A stretch of 64,000 nucleotides of DNA from Torpedo marmorata (lineage: Eukaryota). This document shows positions 48,916 to 60,815 of this stretch, in pieces. The translations under genes were made by a program, and so were the position numbers. The notes beneath the pieces were generated by a model. That model ran no database searches, had not been told where the DNA came from, and saw only the letters and a list, made by a program, of their open reading frames with translations. The stretch spans positions 126,356,001-126,420,000 of the forward strand of contig OZ360227.1 in the NCBI GenBank assembly GCA_977017645.1. The letters run 5' to 3'. The number at the start of each line of letters is the position of its first letter. Position 1 is the stretch's first letter.

Positions 48916-49251
48916 TAAATCACGAAAAGCTGTATACACCGTGGTTGAAGTAAAAACACAAAATGCTGGAGAAGCTCAGCAGGTCAAACAGCGTCCTTTA
49001 TGTAGCAAAGGTAAAAATACATAACCGACATTTCGGGCTTGAGCCCTTCATCAAGGGAAGCTCAGCAGGTCAAACAGCGTCCTTTATGTAGCAAAGGTAA
49101 AAATACATAACCGACATTTCGGGCTTGAGCCCTTCATCAAGGTACCTTGATGAAGGGCTCAAGCCCGAAATGTCGGTTATGTATTTTTACCTTTGCTACA
49201 TAAAGGACGCTGTTTGACCTGCTGAGCTTCTCCAGCATTTTGTGTTTTTAC
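48916..49251. mobile_element. Non-coding PLE-terminus mini-element: 86-bp tandem duplication plus perfect palindrome
   Basis: 48971-49056 = 49057-49142 exactly; 49057-49230 is a perfect inverted repeat centred on GGTACC; possible TSD TACATG (48910-48915, 49249-49254). Confidence 0.85.
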
Positions 49252-50167
49252 ATGGGTGGTAGGTGATTTGTATGGAATCCTCTATACTACCTGGGTGCAG
49301 CTTAGCAAGGATATTCTGGTTTTGGATGGAGTACAATATAGATTTACCAAAATGATAACTAGACTACCAAAGGTGAAATTAAGAGTGGAGACTTACAAAC
49401 GTGTTATATTTGTATGAATTTAGAACAATTTGAGGGTTGATTTGATGGTATTTTTTTCCAGAGGGTTAAGGGAAACTGACAGTGCAGATGGAGGAAAAAA
49501 TATCTGCCATTTGGGGTGACTGGCGAGATTCAAAGGACTGCAGAAATGTACAGGTGATAAGCCAATTATTGAATTTTACTAACTAAGTGCATTTGATGGA
49601 TGATGGCTGATGCATGGAGTTAGATGAGAGCTCAGCCACAATCCATTGCTTCAGTGGCAGCATAGCAGAGATTAACCAGATTGATGCCTGGCATTGAGGG
49701 TAATTGTCCTATGAGGAGAGATTAAGTTGTCTGGGCTTGTATTGTGTGACTTTTTTTTTTAAAGGAATGAGGGGATCTCATTGTCAAGCCCATTAGAATT
49801 TTGGTTTTTGCAGAGTGATGTTACCTTTGGCTGGGGTTCTCAAACTAAGCGGTTAGAGTGAGAAGAAATCTCATCATCCAGAGGAAAGAAACTTATGAAT
49901 TCTTCATTCGAGGCTTGCGGAGGATCAGTTGCTGAAGGTTTTTGGTGATTTTTGGAATTTAAGGAAATTGATGTTTACAAGGTCAGTGTCATGAAGTGAT
50001 ACAGAGTAATAAAGTCATTTTCTTATTGAATAATAGAGTAGGCATGAGGAACTGAATGGCCTAATCCTTCTCTTATGCTCGAAGTGTTAAATAGTCAAAT
50101 CCTGTACCTATGCTCCTCACCACTTTTCTTGTGCATCATTCTTGGATATCACGTACACCTTTCCATT

Positions 50168-50591
50168 TCAGACCCTGCAGAGGATAGTGGGGTCAGCGGA
50201 GAAAATTATTGGGGTCTCTCTTCCTACCATGACGGACATCTGCAACACATGATGCACGCGGAAGGCAAATAACATTGTGAAGGACTTTTCACACCCCTCT
50301 TGTAAACTTTTCTCCCTTCTGCCATCTGGAAGGAGGTATCGTAGCATTTGGGGCCCACACGTCCAGATTGTGCAACAGTTTTTCCCCCAAGATGTCAGGC
50401 TCCTCAATTTTTATATATATATATATATATATGTATTAGCATATCATAGATTTTTAATTGTATTATGACTTAATATTTAACTTCTATTTATGTAAATTTG
50501 CTCATGGTCCTGGAGAAACACTATCTCGTCTTTACTGTGTATTGCATTAGTAGTTATGGTATGAACGACAAATAAAGGTGACTTGACTTGA
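50168..50591 (+). mobile_element. Rex/Babar-like LINE 3' end (family A)
   Basis: LQRIVGSAEKIIG...HP...LFSLLPSGRRYRS; tail AATAAAGGTGACTTGACTTGA. Confidence 0.85.
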
Positions 50592-53258
50592 AACAATTCT
50601 TCCAGTATTTAAATCAGATCAAGGAATTACAATACCCAGTCTTTAAGCTGAACTTGGGTCAACTCATCCAGCAGACCAAGTTGGCATTCTTGACCAGTCC
50701 TATTTGCCTGCATTTGGTCCATATCCATCCATATTCTATCCATATATCTATCTAAATGACTTTTGAACGTCGTAATTGTACTCGCTTCTATAATTTCCGC
50801 TGGCAGTTTGTCCCAGATGCAGAATATCCTCTGCGTTTTTTTTTAAAGTTACCTCTCAGGTCCCTCTCGAATCTAACCTTAATCTTATGTTTTGTAGTTC
50901 TGAAATCCACTACACCGAGAAATAGTCTGTGAACATTCACTTTATCCATGCACTTGTATACTTATAAGGTCATCCCTTCAGTCTCCCCTGGTCCTGGGAC
51001 ATATCTATTGTCACTTGCGGTATATGCATAATATAGTGGTAGATGTGCATTAAACTCATGAAATCTAAAATTTCTGCAGGTTGTGGTAACTTGGGCAAGG
51101 TGGATTAGGAGTAACATTAGTAAAAAGTACATGCATACCATGTACTACAGAAATTTAAGGAGTAATTGTAGGTACATAGACTGAGATCAGGGCTCAGAAT
51201 GTTGGAACAGGATCTATCTGTGGATATATTTGCATGAAAGAAAGCATTGCAGAGGTTAACCGGATTGATACCTGGGATTGTCCTGTGAGGAGAGATTAAG
51301 TAGTGAATTTGTAGCATCTACCACATTCACTATCAGAATTTGTATCAGAGGACCGTTTTTAGACTCCATTTTGAGCTGCCTTGTGGGTTATACTTATAAG
51401 GCATTAACTTTTGGATTGATCTGCTGCAATTGTTGTCACAGTTATTTGCAGTTTGGAATCTATAATTAGGAGCTGAGAAGCTCTTTAGCAAGGGAGGTGT
51501 TTTATGCTGGGAAGATGCTTTGTGTCTGCTGCACAAACATTTTCCAATTACAGGACTTTTAAAATCACAGGATGTAGTAATTAACAGACAAGGATAGAAA
51601 CCACAACTTTATCAAAAGCATCGTCAATTACTAATTTGACAGAGCAAGGAGTAAGAGCTACGTAGTAGACAGAAAAATGAGGCTTGCTTAAGCCTCGAGC
51701 CCTTCTGTGTTAGACTTGTGTCTCCATTCAATGGTTTGTGGAGTGACACAAATACAGTTTATGTTTATACCATTAGCAGATTATGCCTTGTCACACTGTA
51801 ATTCTGATTGATTGACAACCCCACTAAACTAACCACAATTGCATACCATTCTATATATTTTAATATAGAAGCACTTTTCGTTGTTACTGATGCAGTTAGC
51901 CTCTTCAAATAGATTTTGATTGACAATTGCTTTTGTAGAAAGCTAAGACCGATTAGGAGGTGTAATCTAATCACAATAGAGGTATGAATTATCACATACT
52001 TAAGCAGTTTTCAAAAGCTATTCAATGATTGTTAGATGCTGCTCTACTGCAAGATATTTTGTGATATTTTAGTTATTGTATGCAGTTTGGCATTACGTTA
52101 AAATAAAACATTGCATGTATATTTTCAAATACCCATGGTAACGGGTTTTATTGACTCTCGGATATGACAGAGCTCCTGGTGGTGGGGGAGGGAGCTTTGT
52201 ACTCCATCTCTGCTCATTGGTTTCTACGTTACATTACAAATAAACTGGCACACCATGCGAATTCTGTATATTGGGTGGCTCTGAAAATATGTGCGCAGCC
52301 ATTCTCCTGCACACAATCAGTTTTCTGCTGAAAGATTTGGAAATGACAAACATGAACAATATAAACCAAATAGCTTGAAAAAACACAAGCAAGTCAACAT
52401 TTGAAAGGCAAAGGAAAACCAAAATACTGTCTGGAGGAAATGCAGTTTTCTGATTTGCTGTGTCATTTGCCCCAGATAGCTGTCTGACATATTTGGCCTA
52501 TAATGATACGTTGCTCCCTGCGTTCATTCTTAGTTATATAAAGATGAGAGGGCACCAGAAGTTGCAGGGCCATCACATCTCAAGAGATTAAGGATGTCCC
52601 ACCTTCTAACTTGTGGAATTTAGAGTCATCTCCACCACCACTTTATAATCACTTGTACTTTACATACTGTGACCCAGTGTGTGATTCTTTTTTTTAAATA
52701 AAGCAGCTCTTGGTTCAGGGCTTCAATCTTGGACTGTATATCATAGAGCTACACAGCTGTAGCAAAGGAAAGTGATCAGAAGTCATTGTCATTTCCTATT
52801 ACTCAATGCTAATGGCGCTGTTACCATAGGCAGCTCTGGTTCATGACTCACTTCCGAAATCAAACTGCATCCAACGGGGATGAATTTTATTGAATCCTTA
52901 GTTACAACTCTGGTAGTATTTACACAAGATTATTTACTCAGAAGTTAAATCCAGTCTGCTGCAAAACCCCACTGGGAATACCATTTAATAAAACAGAACA
53001 TTGTTTTGAGAAGAACCTGTGTTCTGGCTCTTGACAGGTAGATTTTAGATTGAGGAAGGTGATGTTCTCATTATACCTGTCCAAACGCATGGGTGATTTT
53101 CATTTGGAAATGGAGCTCCAATTGTTAATAGATACATTTCTGAATACTCAGCACCTGACCCAAGCATGTATAAATCCAAACATTCTTTTTAGCTTCGCAA
53201 TATGTCTGATTTGTCTGAGTTTTTGATTTTTCTTTCCAAGTTGCACTTAATCATGTTG

Positions 53259-53296
53259 TGGGGGGGGGGAGGGGGGGGGAGGGGGGGGGGAGGGGG
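53259..53296 (+). repeat. Poly-G tract (G9-10A)n
   Basis: Directly visible. Confidence 0.9.
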
Positions 53297-54499
53297 AGAG
53301 AAAAGATCCATTTGCAAATCTAGTGTGCATTTCAAGAATCCCATCCCATTTAATTATCTGTTTGACATTCTGCTTTAGCATTTCTTCCATTCAGAACTGA
53401 ACTAACCCGAGGTTGAAGGATTGATACAGGTGCTAAAACCAGTCATGAAGCAGGAAAGATGATAGTGTTCCCTTCTTGTTGCATTTCAAAATTCAAGGTC
53501 AACTGAACCTTAAGAGGATTGTATACGGATGCATTCTTTTAATTAGAATGATACAATGTATATTCGGGCATATGTGTAGTTCTATGGGCACTTTACTCTA
53601 AACATTTAATTAGGCAGTGGGTCCAGTTAAGATAAAGTCTTTAATTTTTTTTTCAGTCTTTCTGGTTACCCTATATCTGTGCTGGGAGGACACACAGACC
53701 ATTGCTGTAATGTTTCAGTTGATGCTCTGTCATAAGCTGTTATGAGGAATGCATGAGCTCTTCTATATAGTGAAACAGCTAACAGTAGGTGTTCACTTAA
53801 TTTCTGGCAGACATATGCAGATCATGGCATAATTCGTTACACAAGACTGGTTTGACTCTTGTATCATAATTTTGGCATTCAGTGCTCCAGTCACCACACA
53901 GTCTTAGACTCACATGGTTAAGCAGGTTTGCAAGGAAGGCACCCACCTCTCACTCCACCCTTCCTTCTGCCAGCACATGTAAAATTGTCATCAACCAGTT
54001 ATTAGATAATCCTTTATTACTTTTACTGCAAGAGTTTAATGTATGTCAATGCTGAATCAAGTTGCAGAGGCCCACTTTTAATTGTCTTTCTCCAGGCTTC
54101 AGATCTCTACTCAAACAAGTTTTACACAGACATGGATATGTTGGTTATTTTGCTTGCAATGAGGCCTGGGAGGAGATTGGGCAGGAGTAACCTTGAACAG
54201 TAAAAAAAAAAACTACTGAAAGATGGAGGAGAAGGGGCAAAGCTCTTAGCAAGATGCCATGGCTATTCAAAGTTTTTTGGGAGCAATCCTCCTACCCAAC
54301 TCTCATTGTGGGCCAACACGTGAGGTATGAGTTTCAAGGCAGATACCTCTACCAAAATCTGCCACCTGTATGCAGCCACATCTCCAATCTTAACAGCTGG
54401 GAAAGGAATGCATTGTCAATGCCTATCAAGGTCACCACAGCCATTTTTGGTGGTGACTTCCTTCAACTGGAGATATTTGCCACACCATACAGTTATATA

Positions 54500-55620
54500 A
54501 AGCATGTCAACAATGTTTTCCTTTCTAAACTGGAAGGGGACTGATATCGGACCAATATCATTGCTCATGCCATTTAGGTGGGTTTAAACTAATCTAGCTA
54601 AGGATGGAGATTGTAATAGAAGGGCAGAAGGTGGGGGACTGACAGGATGTCAGGCAAGATTAGTGGACAGAGCAGACAGAAGCAGGTTGGGAAGCATTGC
54701 AGGGCTGGTAGGCGACTGCATTTAGTTTATAGACGAGTCAGATTAGAACATGGATTGGCACATGAAATTGATATTGCAATCAGACAACTGATTGCGGAAA
54801 GAGCAGGACTAGTATCTTAATATTCTGGGGTATGGCAGTTTCAGAACTGATTGGGAGATGCAAAAGAGGAGAGGGGTTCTCGCATCTGATTAGGAGGACA
54901 TCTTTGCAGAGCTTAAAAGAGGATATCCTGGCAGAATCATTGAATGAGACCGTGTGGTTTGGTGAAGAATGAGAGGAGTGAATGCTTAGCTGGGGTTATA
55001 CCACAGGCTTCCCAGTGGGAATTGGGAGAACAGTGAAGTATGCAAATTGCAGAAGGATCTTCAAGCAAAAGGGTTATAGAAGTGGACGATTTTAACATTC
55101 CTGATAATGACTCTGATTTCCTTAATGGGACAGAATTTGTTAAGTGCATCCAAGAAAGTCTTTTGAGGCAACACAAAAAAAAAAAAAAAAACAACAATCA
55201 CAAATCTTGGAGATAGGGCAGAACCTTGTCTTTAGGAATTGAAACTGGACAAGTGGTGAAAGTATTGGTAGAGGAACACTTTGAAAACCATGCCCATAAT
55301 TCTGTAAGTTTCAAAGTAGTTATGGAAAGGGATAAGTTAGATTCTTGGTCCAAAATTGGGGGCTAACTGACTTCAATTGTGCAAGAGAGGACCTAGCAAA
55401 AGTAGATGGTTGTAGGTAAGACAACATCTGATAAGTGAGAATCTTTTAAAAATGGAGACCTATATAGGGGAGGAGGTCATATCTTTTTTTCCATGGTCGG
55501 GGTACCAAAAACAAGGGCATAAATTTTAAAAGGAGAGGAAGGAGTTTTGAAGGAGAGTTAAGGGGAAAGATATTTTTAGAGTTGTTACAAATTGGAACTC
55601 ACTGCTGAGAAGGTGGTGTA
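54500..55620 (+). mobile_element. Old CR1 relic (ORF1 end / APE region joined to 3' end)
   Basis: gggtttaaactaat, gaatttgttaagtgcatccaagaaagt, cataattctgtaagtttcaa, tggaactcactgctga CR1 phrases; boundaries approximate. Confidence 0.5.
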
Positions 55621-56494
55621 ACCAGTGCCCAAGAGTACATAGATATCACACTAGTTCATCGATGATGTGGTCAATGGGTTGTCCTTGTCAATTGGTTTTC
55701 CATGGTGGCTCCAATGCAGGTAGTACAGTGGACTGCAAATCAGTGTCAATACCATGGTAGACATTTGCTCATTTGCACAAGTTTTTAATGGCTAGACATC
55801 ACCTAGATATTATGGGATGGAACCTCTGCGTTGATACAAGACACCTGCAAGATTATGTATGTGCAATTAATGATACCCAGCATTATGGGGACTCCTGCAC
55901 AGCACACAAAGCTGTGTGTTTTCTTCTTTGGATAGTCTTGAGCAAAACACTGGAACTCAGTTCGCCGTTTGAAAGTTGTAGAGTCATTGTACAGTACAGG
56001 AAAGACTTCTTCAACCCATTGCATCCGTGACTATCTTCCTGCCTGTCCTCTGTTCCTATTTACCTGCATTTATTGGCAACATATCATGCAAGTAAATGAC
56101 CAGAAACCTGGTGCAGACGTTGATTTGCAGTCCATTGTTCAATCTGTATTAGTGTCACCATGGAAAGCCAAATGACAAGGGCAGTCCATTGACCACCAAA
56201 TTGTTGACTTCAGCATGTAATCTGTTCATGCTTGGGCAGCATTTGTACGATGAATTGAAGTGGATAAAAGCTGCAACCACAGGAAATTTGAAGTAAAATA
56301 CAGGAAAACCTGAGGATCCTCAACAGATGATGTCTAACCTACTGAATAACCCCAGCATTTTCTGTTTTAGTACATGCAATGAAAGCAATACTGCAGTGCA
56401 GAATATAAAACAGCAGGCCATCAGCATACAGAAACAACGCTACCTCAGGAATGGCTCTGGAGTGTGAGCGGAGGTTTGTGGTGGCTTGTTGCAT

Positions 56495-57150
56495 TAAGGT
56501 CAAGTTCAAATTTATTTTCAAAGTACATACATGATATTACATACACTACCCTGAGATTATTTTTCCTGCAGGCCAGACAGAATTTCTACTTATTGGCAGT
56601 GCAAACTGTACTCAAGAAAAAGGTATGCATACAAAAGAGAAATGTAAACAAAGAAAGAAATGTAAACAAACTGTGCAAATACAAAAAAAATAAATATTCA
56701 GTAATAATGTGCAAAGTAAGAGTTCTTAAGTGAATCTCTGAGTCTGTTGTTTATGAGTCTGATGGTGGAGGGGTAGAAACTGTTCTTGAACCTGGTGGTA
56801 CAAGTCTTGTTGCACCTGTACCTCTTTCCTGATGGCAGCAGCGACAACAGAGCATGTCCTGGATGGTGTGGATCCTTGATGCTTGCTGCTGCTCTCCGAC
56901 GGCAGCATTCCACGTAGATGTTCTCGATGGTGGGGATAGTTTTGCCTGTGATGTACTGGGCTGCGTCCACTACCTTTTGCAGGGCTTTCCGCTCAGAGGT
57001 ATTAGTGCCCCCATACCAGGCGGTCAGCACACTTTCTGCTATACATCTGTGGAAGTTTGCCAATGTTTCCAATGTCAAACCAAACTCCTATGGAAGTAGA
57101 GGCACTGTCGTGCTTTCTTCACGATGACATCAGTTTGTTGGGTCCCAGTA
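56495..57150 (-). mobile_element. Rex/Babar-like LINE 3' fragment
   Basis: ORF 56698-57078 NFHRCIAESVL.AWYG...DPHHPGHALLSLLPSGKRYR...RFKNSFYP; tail AATAAATTTGAACTTGA. Confidence 0.85.
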
Positions 57151-57749
57151 TGTTGGAATACTGCACAACCTGCTGTCATCAGCACCTCATTGCCAGCAAT
57201 AGGGTAAGCAGCCAACAAAAAGGTGAGCTGGTTTATCTGATTCCTTTCACCACAGCTTGAAATCCCCATTCTCCATCAGTCTCATACTTAGTTTTCTTCT
57301 GTCACTGACCATCACCGAATTATGCGACCATTATAGCACAGATGGAGGGCATTGGTCTATCAAGTCCATGTTGGCATCCAGTATAGCAAGCCCTTCAGTT
57401 CCAGTCTAGTGTTCTTCATCCTTTCTCAAATCCCTGATTGACCACATCCACCCTGGAAAGGGTGGGCACTGAGCTCTGTGCAAAGTCTTGTGTTAAGTTG
57501 GTGCCAGTCTGCTGTTCCTTGAATTCAGGTGTTATAACAGACTTTTGAATTCATCAAACTCTTAATTCTGCATACCCATCTATTCATCTCTCCCATTAAA
57601 AATACTCTATTGTCCAAGGGTGGGGATGTCGGGCAAGTAGGAAGTGGATGCTTATCCCATCTTTGCGGGTAACGAAGAAATATGCGTAGCTTTATAGCAG
57701 ATAGGATGTGACAAAGCAAAGCAGATTAAATGTGAAGATACTGCCACCT

Positions 57750-58690
57750 TCAAGTTAATGTTTATTGTCACATGTAACAATATTCAGTGATAAAGGTTGT
57801 TTGTGAGCACACCAGTAGACATCTCATACGTAGTATAACAAGTAAGACAGTACAAAAGTGTAGTTACAGAAAAAAGATCAGTTAATATGGAACAAAGATG
57901 ATGTAATGTGGGGTTCATTTAGGAGTCTGATAGTGGCAGGAAAGAAATCATCCTTGAATCTCGTGGTGTGTGATCTCATAAATGTGAATCTTCTTGACGG
58001 AAGGGAGGGGGAATGAAGAGGGTGTGGCCAAGGTGTGATGCGTCTTTTTAATATGTTGGCTGCTTTCCAAAAGCAGCAGGAGTTATAGATGAAGTCAATG
58101 GAGGGGAGAGGTGGTACGTGTGGTGGTCTGAGCTGCGTTCACAACCCTCTGTAGTTTCTTGCGGTCTTGAGCAGAACAGTTCTTGGACCACACAGTGAAC
58201 CAACCACCCTGATAGTATGCTTTCAGTATGCAGAAGTAGAAGTTGTTAAGGGATACTGGTGACACAGCAAATGTCCTTGGGCTTCTGAGGAAGTAAAATC
58301 CCTGGTGCAGTTTCTTGGCCATTGCATCAATGTGGGTGGATGTGGGCAAGTCACTGGAGATTATATAATTTATTTTAATTTTAATTTGAAAATACAGCGT
58401 GGTAACAGGCCCTTCTGGCCCACAAGCCCTTACTGCCAAAATACATCAATTAACCTACAAACCCTGTTCCTTTTTGAAGGGTGGGAGGAAACTGGAGCAC
58501 CAGAGGAAACCCACACAGACATGGGGAGAAAGTGCAAACTCCATACAGACGGCGCCTGATTCGAACCCGGGTCACTGGTGCTGTAATAGCTTTGCGCTAA
58601 CTGCTACGCTAACAGTGCTGCCCTATGCTAACTGTGCCACCCCTATTTACCTAAGGAACATAAAGCTCAGCCCTTAGCAGCAGCTCCAAT
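57750..58690 (-). mobile_element. Decayed Rex/Babar-like fragment with nested HE1 SINE
   Basis: GTGACAATAAA tail; CSAQDRKKLQRVVNAAQ in ORF 58095-58439. Confidence 0.7.
58365..58643 (-). mobile_element. HE1-type V-SINE
   Basis: B box GGTTCGAATC, V-domain, HER1-like tail. Confidence 0.85.
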
Positions 58691-59139
58691 ACTGGATATG
58701 CAGTCTATTTTCCCTCTTTAAGGTTGAGCTGCAGGGGAGCAGAAAGTGATTTATTGTAAGATATTCAGTGCAATTTCTTCATTTGCCTTTTATCATCAAA
58801 TAGCTAGCAGAGCATGCAAGCTGTGAAATATGGTTGAAAGAATTTTTGTGTGTATGAGGGTGCAAATGTTGGACGTGAACTCTAATAGACATTTTCAATA
58901 GGTGATCAAGATGGTTGTTGTGTAAAAGCAATAACTGGTGCTGTTGGTAATATATGGCATTCAAGGGCATTTGCTGGGCCTGAGAACCGTAAACCTTTTG
59001 CAGCACTGCTGAATGTGAACCCTTGTGGTTTGTCCAAGAGTACTTAACCTGCACAATTGCTAACGCACGCTATCGCCTTAGCATGCAGCCAAACCTCTTC
59101 AGTACTGGACAAGTTTCAAGTTCCTCCATTGAAGTCTCA

Positions 59140-59420
59140 AAGATCCTTCACGTGATCAAGAACCCTAGAGCAATGTGCTGGAGAGTAGGGATGTGAGCCC
59201 TCATGTGCCAGCCAATGCTTACTCCTCACTCAAGATTATTGTCACAACAAATTATCTGGTCATTATTGTATTGCTGTTTATACAAAGTTGTAGTGCATAA
59301 ATTGACAACCAATCTTCCAAAGTTACAACAAATATTATGCTGCCAGCATGTTCATTAGCATAAGGTACTTTGGGACATTCTGAAAAAGATGTGAAAGATG
59401 CTGTATCAGTGCAACTCTTC
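59140..59420 (+). mobile_element. Deu-domain SINE relic
   Basis: attatctggtcattattgtattgctgttt...gtgcataaattg...ctttgggacattctga...gtgaaagatgctgtat. Confidence 0.6.
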
Positions 59421-59955
59421 CAATGAACAGTAGCAGAACCAAATGAATGCGGTAATCATTGTAATTAGCAAGCTGTACAAATTTTCTTTCCTGCCTCATC
59501 TTAACTAATTATGCACCACTGATTTCTCAGGGCTATTGAATGTGATCTCCCCTGCATGTGAAATGATCAATTTGCATCTCCTTTTTAACAAATTAAATCA
59601 CAAAATATTTTCTTATGTTATTCTCAGATTATTGTTGCTTCTTCTGATCAGGATACCTCCACCATGGAATCTTCCATATTAAGAAGAATAAAATACCATG
59701 ATCATTGCAATAATATTCCAGTTTCTCTTTTGATGTATAATGTATCTTTATGAAATTCATTTGTCCATTTATTTATTTTAAGTAATTGATGCTATCACAT
59801 ATTGATGACTTACGGTAATTCTGAAAATGTAAATTCTTTTGATGCCAAAATAAATACAATCCGGTGAATAGATTCAAAACAGATTAATGGTCCCATTGGT
59901 AGAACACATTATTTATTATTTTCATTACCTCATCTTTCTTAAGTTTGTAACTGTA

Positions 59956-60212
59956 GGGCAGCGAGGTTGGCGTAGCGGTTAGCGCAACGCCTTTACAGCA
60001 CCAGCGATCAGGACCGGGGTTCGAATCCCACGCTGTCTGTAAGGAATTTGTACGTTCTCCCCGTGTCTGTCTGGGTTTTCCCCGAGGGCTCCAGTTTCCT
60101 TCCACCATTCAATACGTACCGGGGGTGTAGGTTAATTGGGTGTAAATTGGGCAGCACAGACTCGTGGGCCGAAATGGCCTGTTACCGTGCTGTATGTGTG
60201 TCTAAATTTAAA
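59956..60212 (+). mobile_element. Young HE1-type V-SINE (tRNA head, V-domain, HER1 tail)
   Basis: A box TGGCGTAGCGG, B box GGTTCGAATCC, tgtacgttctccccgtg V-domain, gggccgaaatggcctgttaccgtgctgtat tail. Confidence 0.9.
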
Positions 60213-60815
60213 GTGTGCAGTTTTGCTTCCAGTGCATTATGTTCATGTTCATTCTTCCTTTTAACTGGATTTTAATTCTAAGAACTTGCTGGGTCCAAAA
60301 CTCACTCGCAGTTTTCCTTTGTTTTATGAAGTCAGTAAATCATTGGAGAGTAGGAAATGTTTGCACAATTTAAATCCGATTTGGGTTCCAAAAAATTCTT
60401 AAAGCAAGAATTTAAGCAAAAAATCTGCAGATATCGGGAATTTGAAATGAAAGTAGAAAATGCTGGAAAGACTATTGAGCTGAAGCATTGACAGTGTCTC
60501 TGTCCACCGATGCTTCCTGACCTGTGAAGAATTTCCAGCACTTTATTTCTCTACCTGTATTTATTTGATGCTTTGTCCAGTTTAAAAATAAAATAAATCA
60601 AAATCAGCATGCTGAAACATCTCATTAATAGTTTGAGGGAGCCTTCATAACTGACTTTGTCTGTTTGCCCAATAGTAATGGTCTGCATTAAATCAACAGT
60701 CACAGTGGAAGCAACTTGTGGTATCCTCCAGGGCAACTGCTGCATGTTCTGTGTACCATGTTATCAATCTCGGCTTCAAAGAAGAAAATTTATTTTCTTT
60801 ATTTGCTTTCTTCTT

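Noticed and set aside
59956-60030. tRNA gene
   Set aside because: A and B boxes are present but continue into a V-domain and LINE tail, so this is a SINE head; the same holds for 46.4 and 58.6 kb
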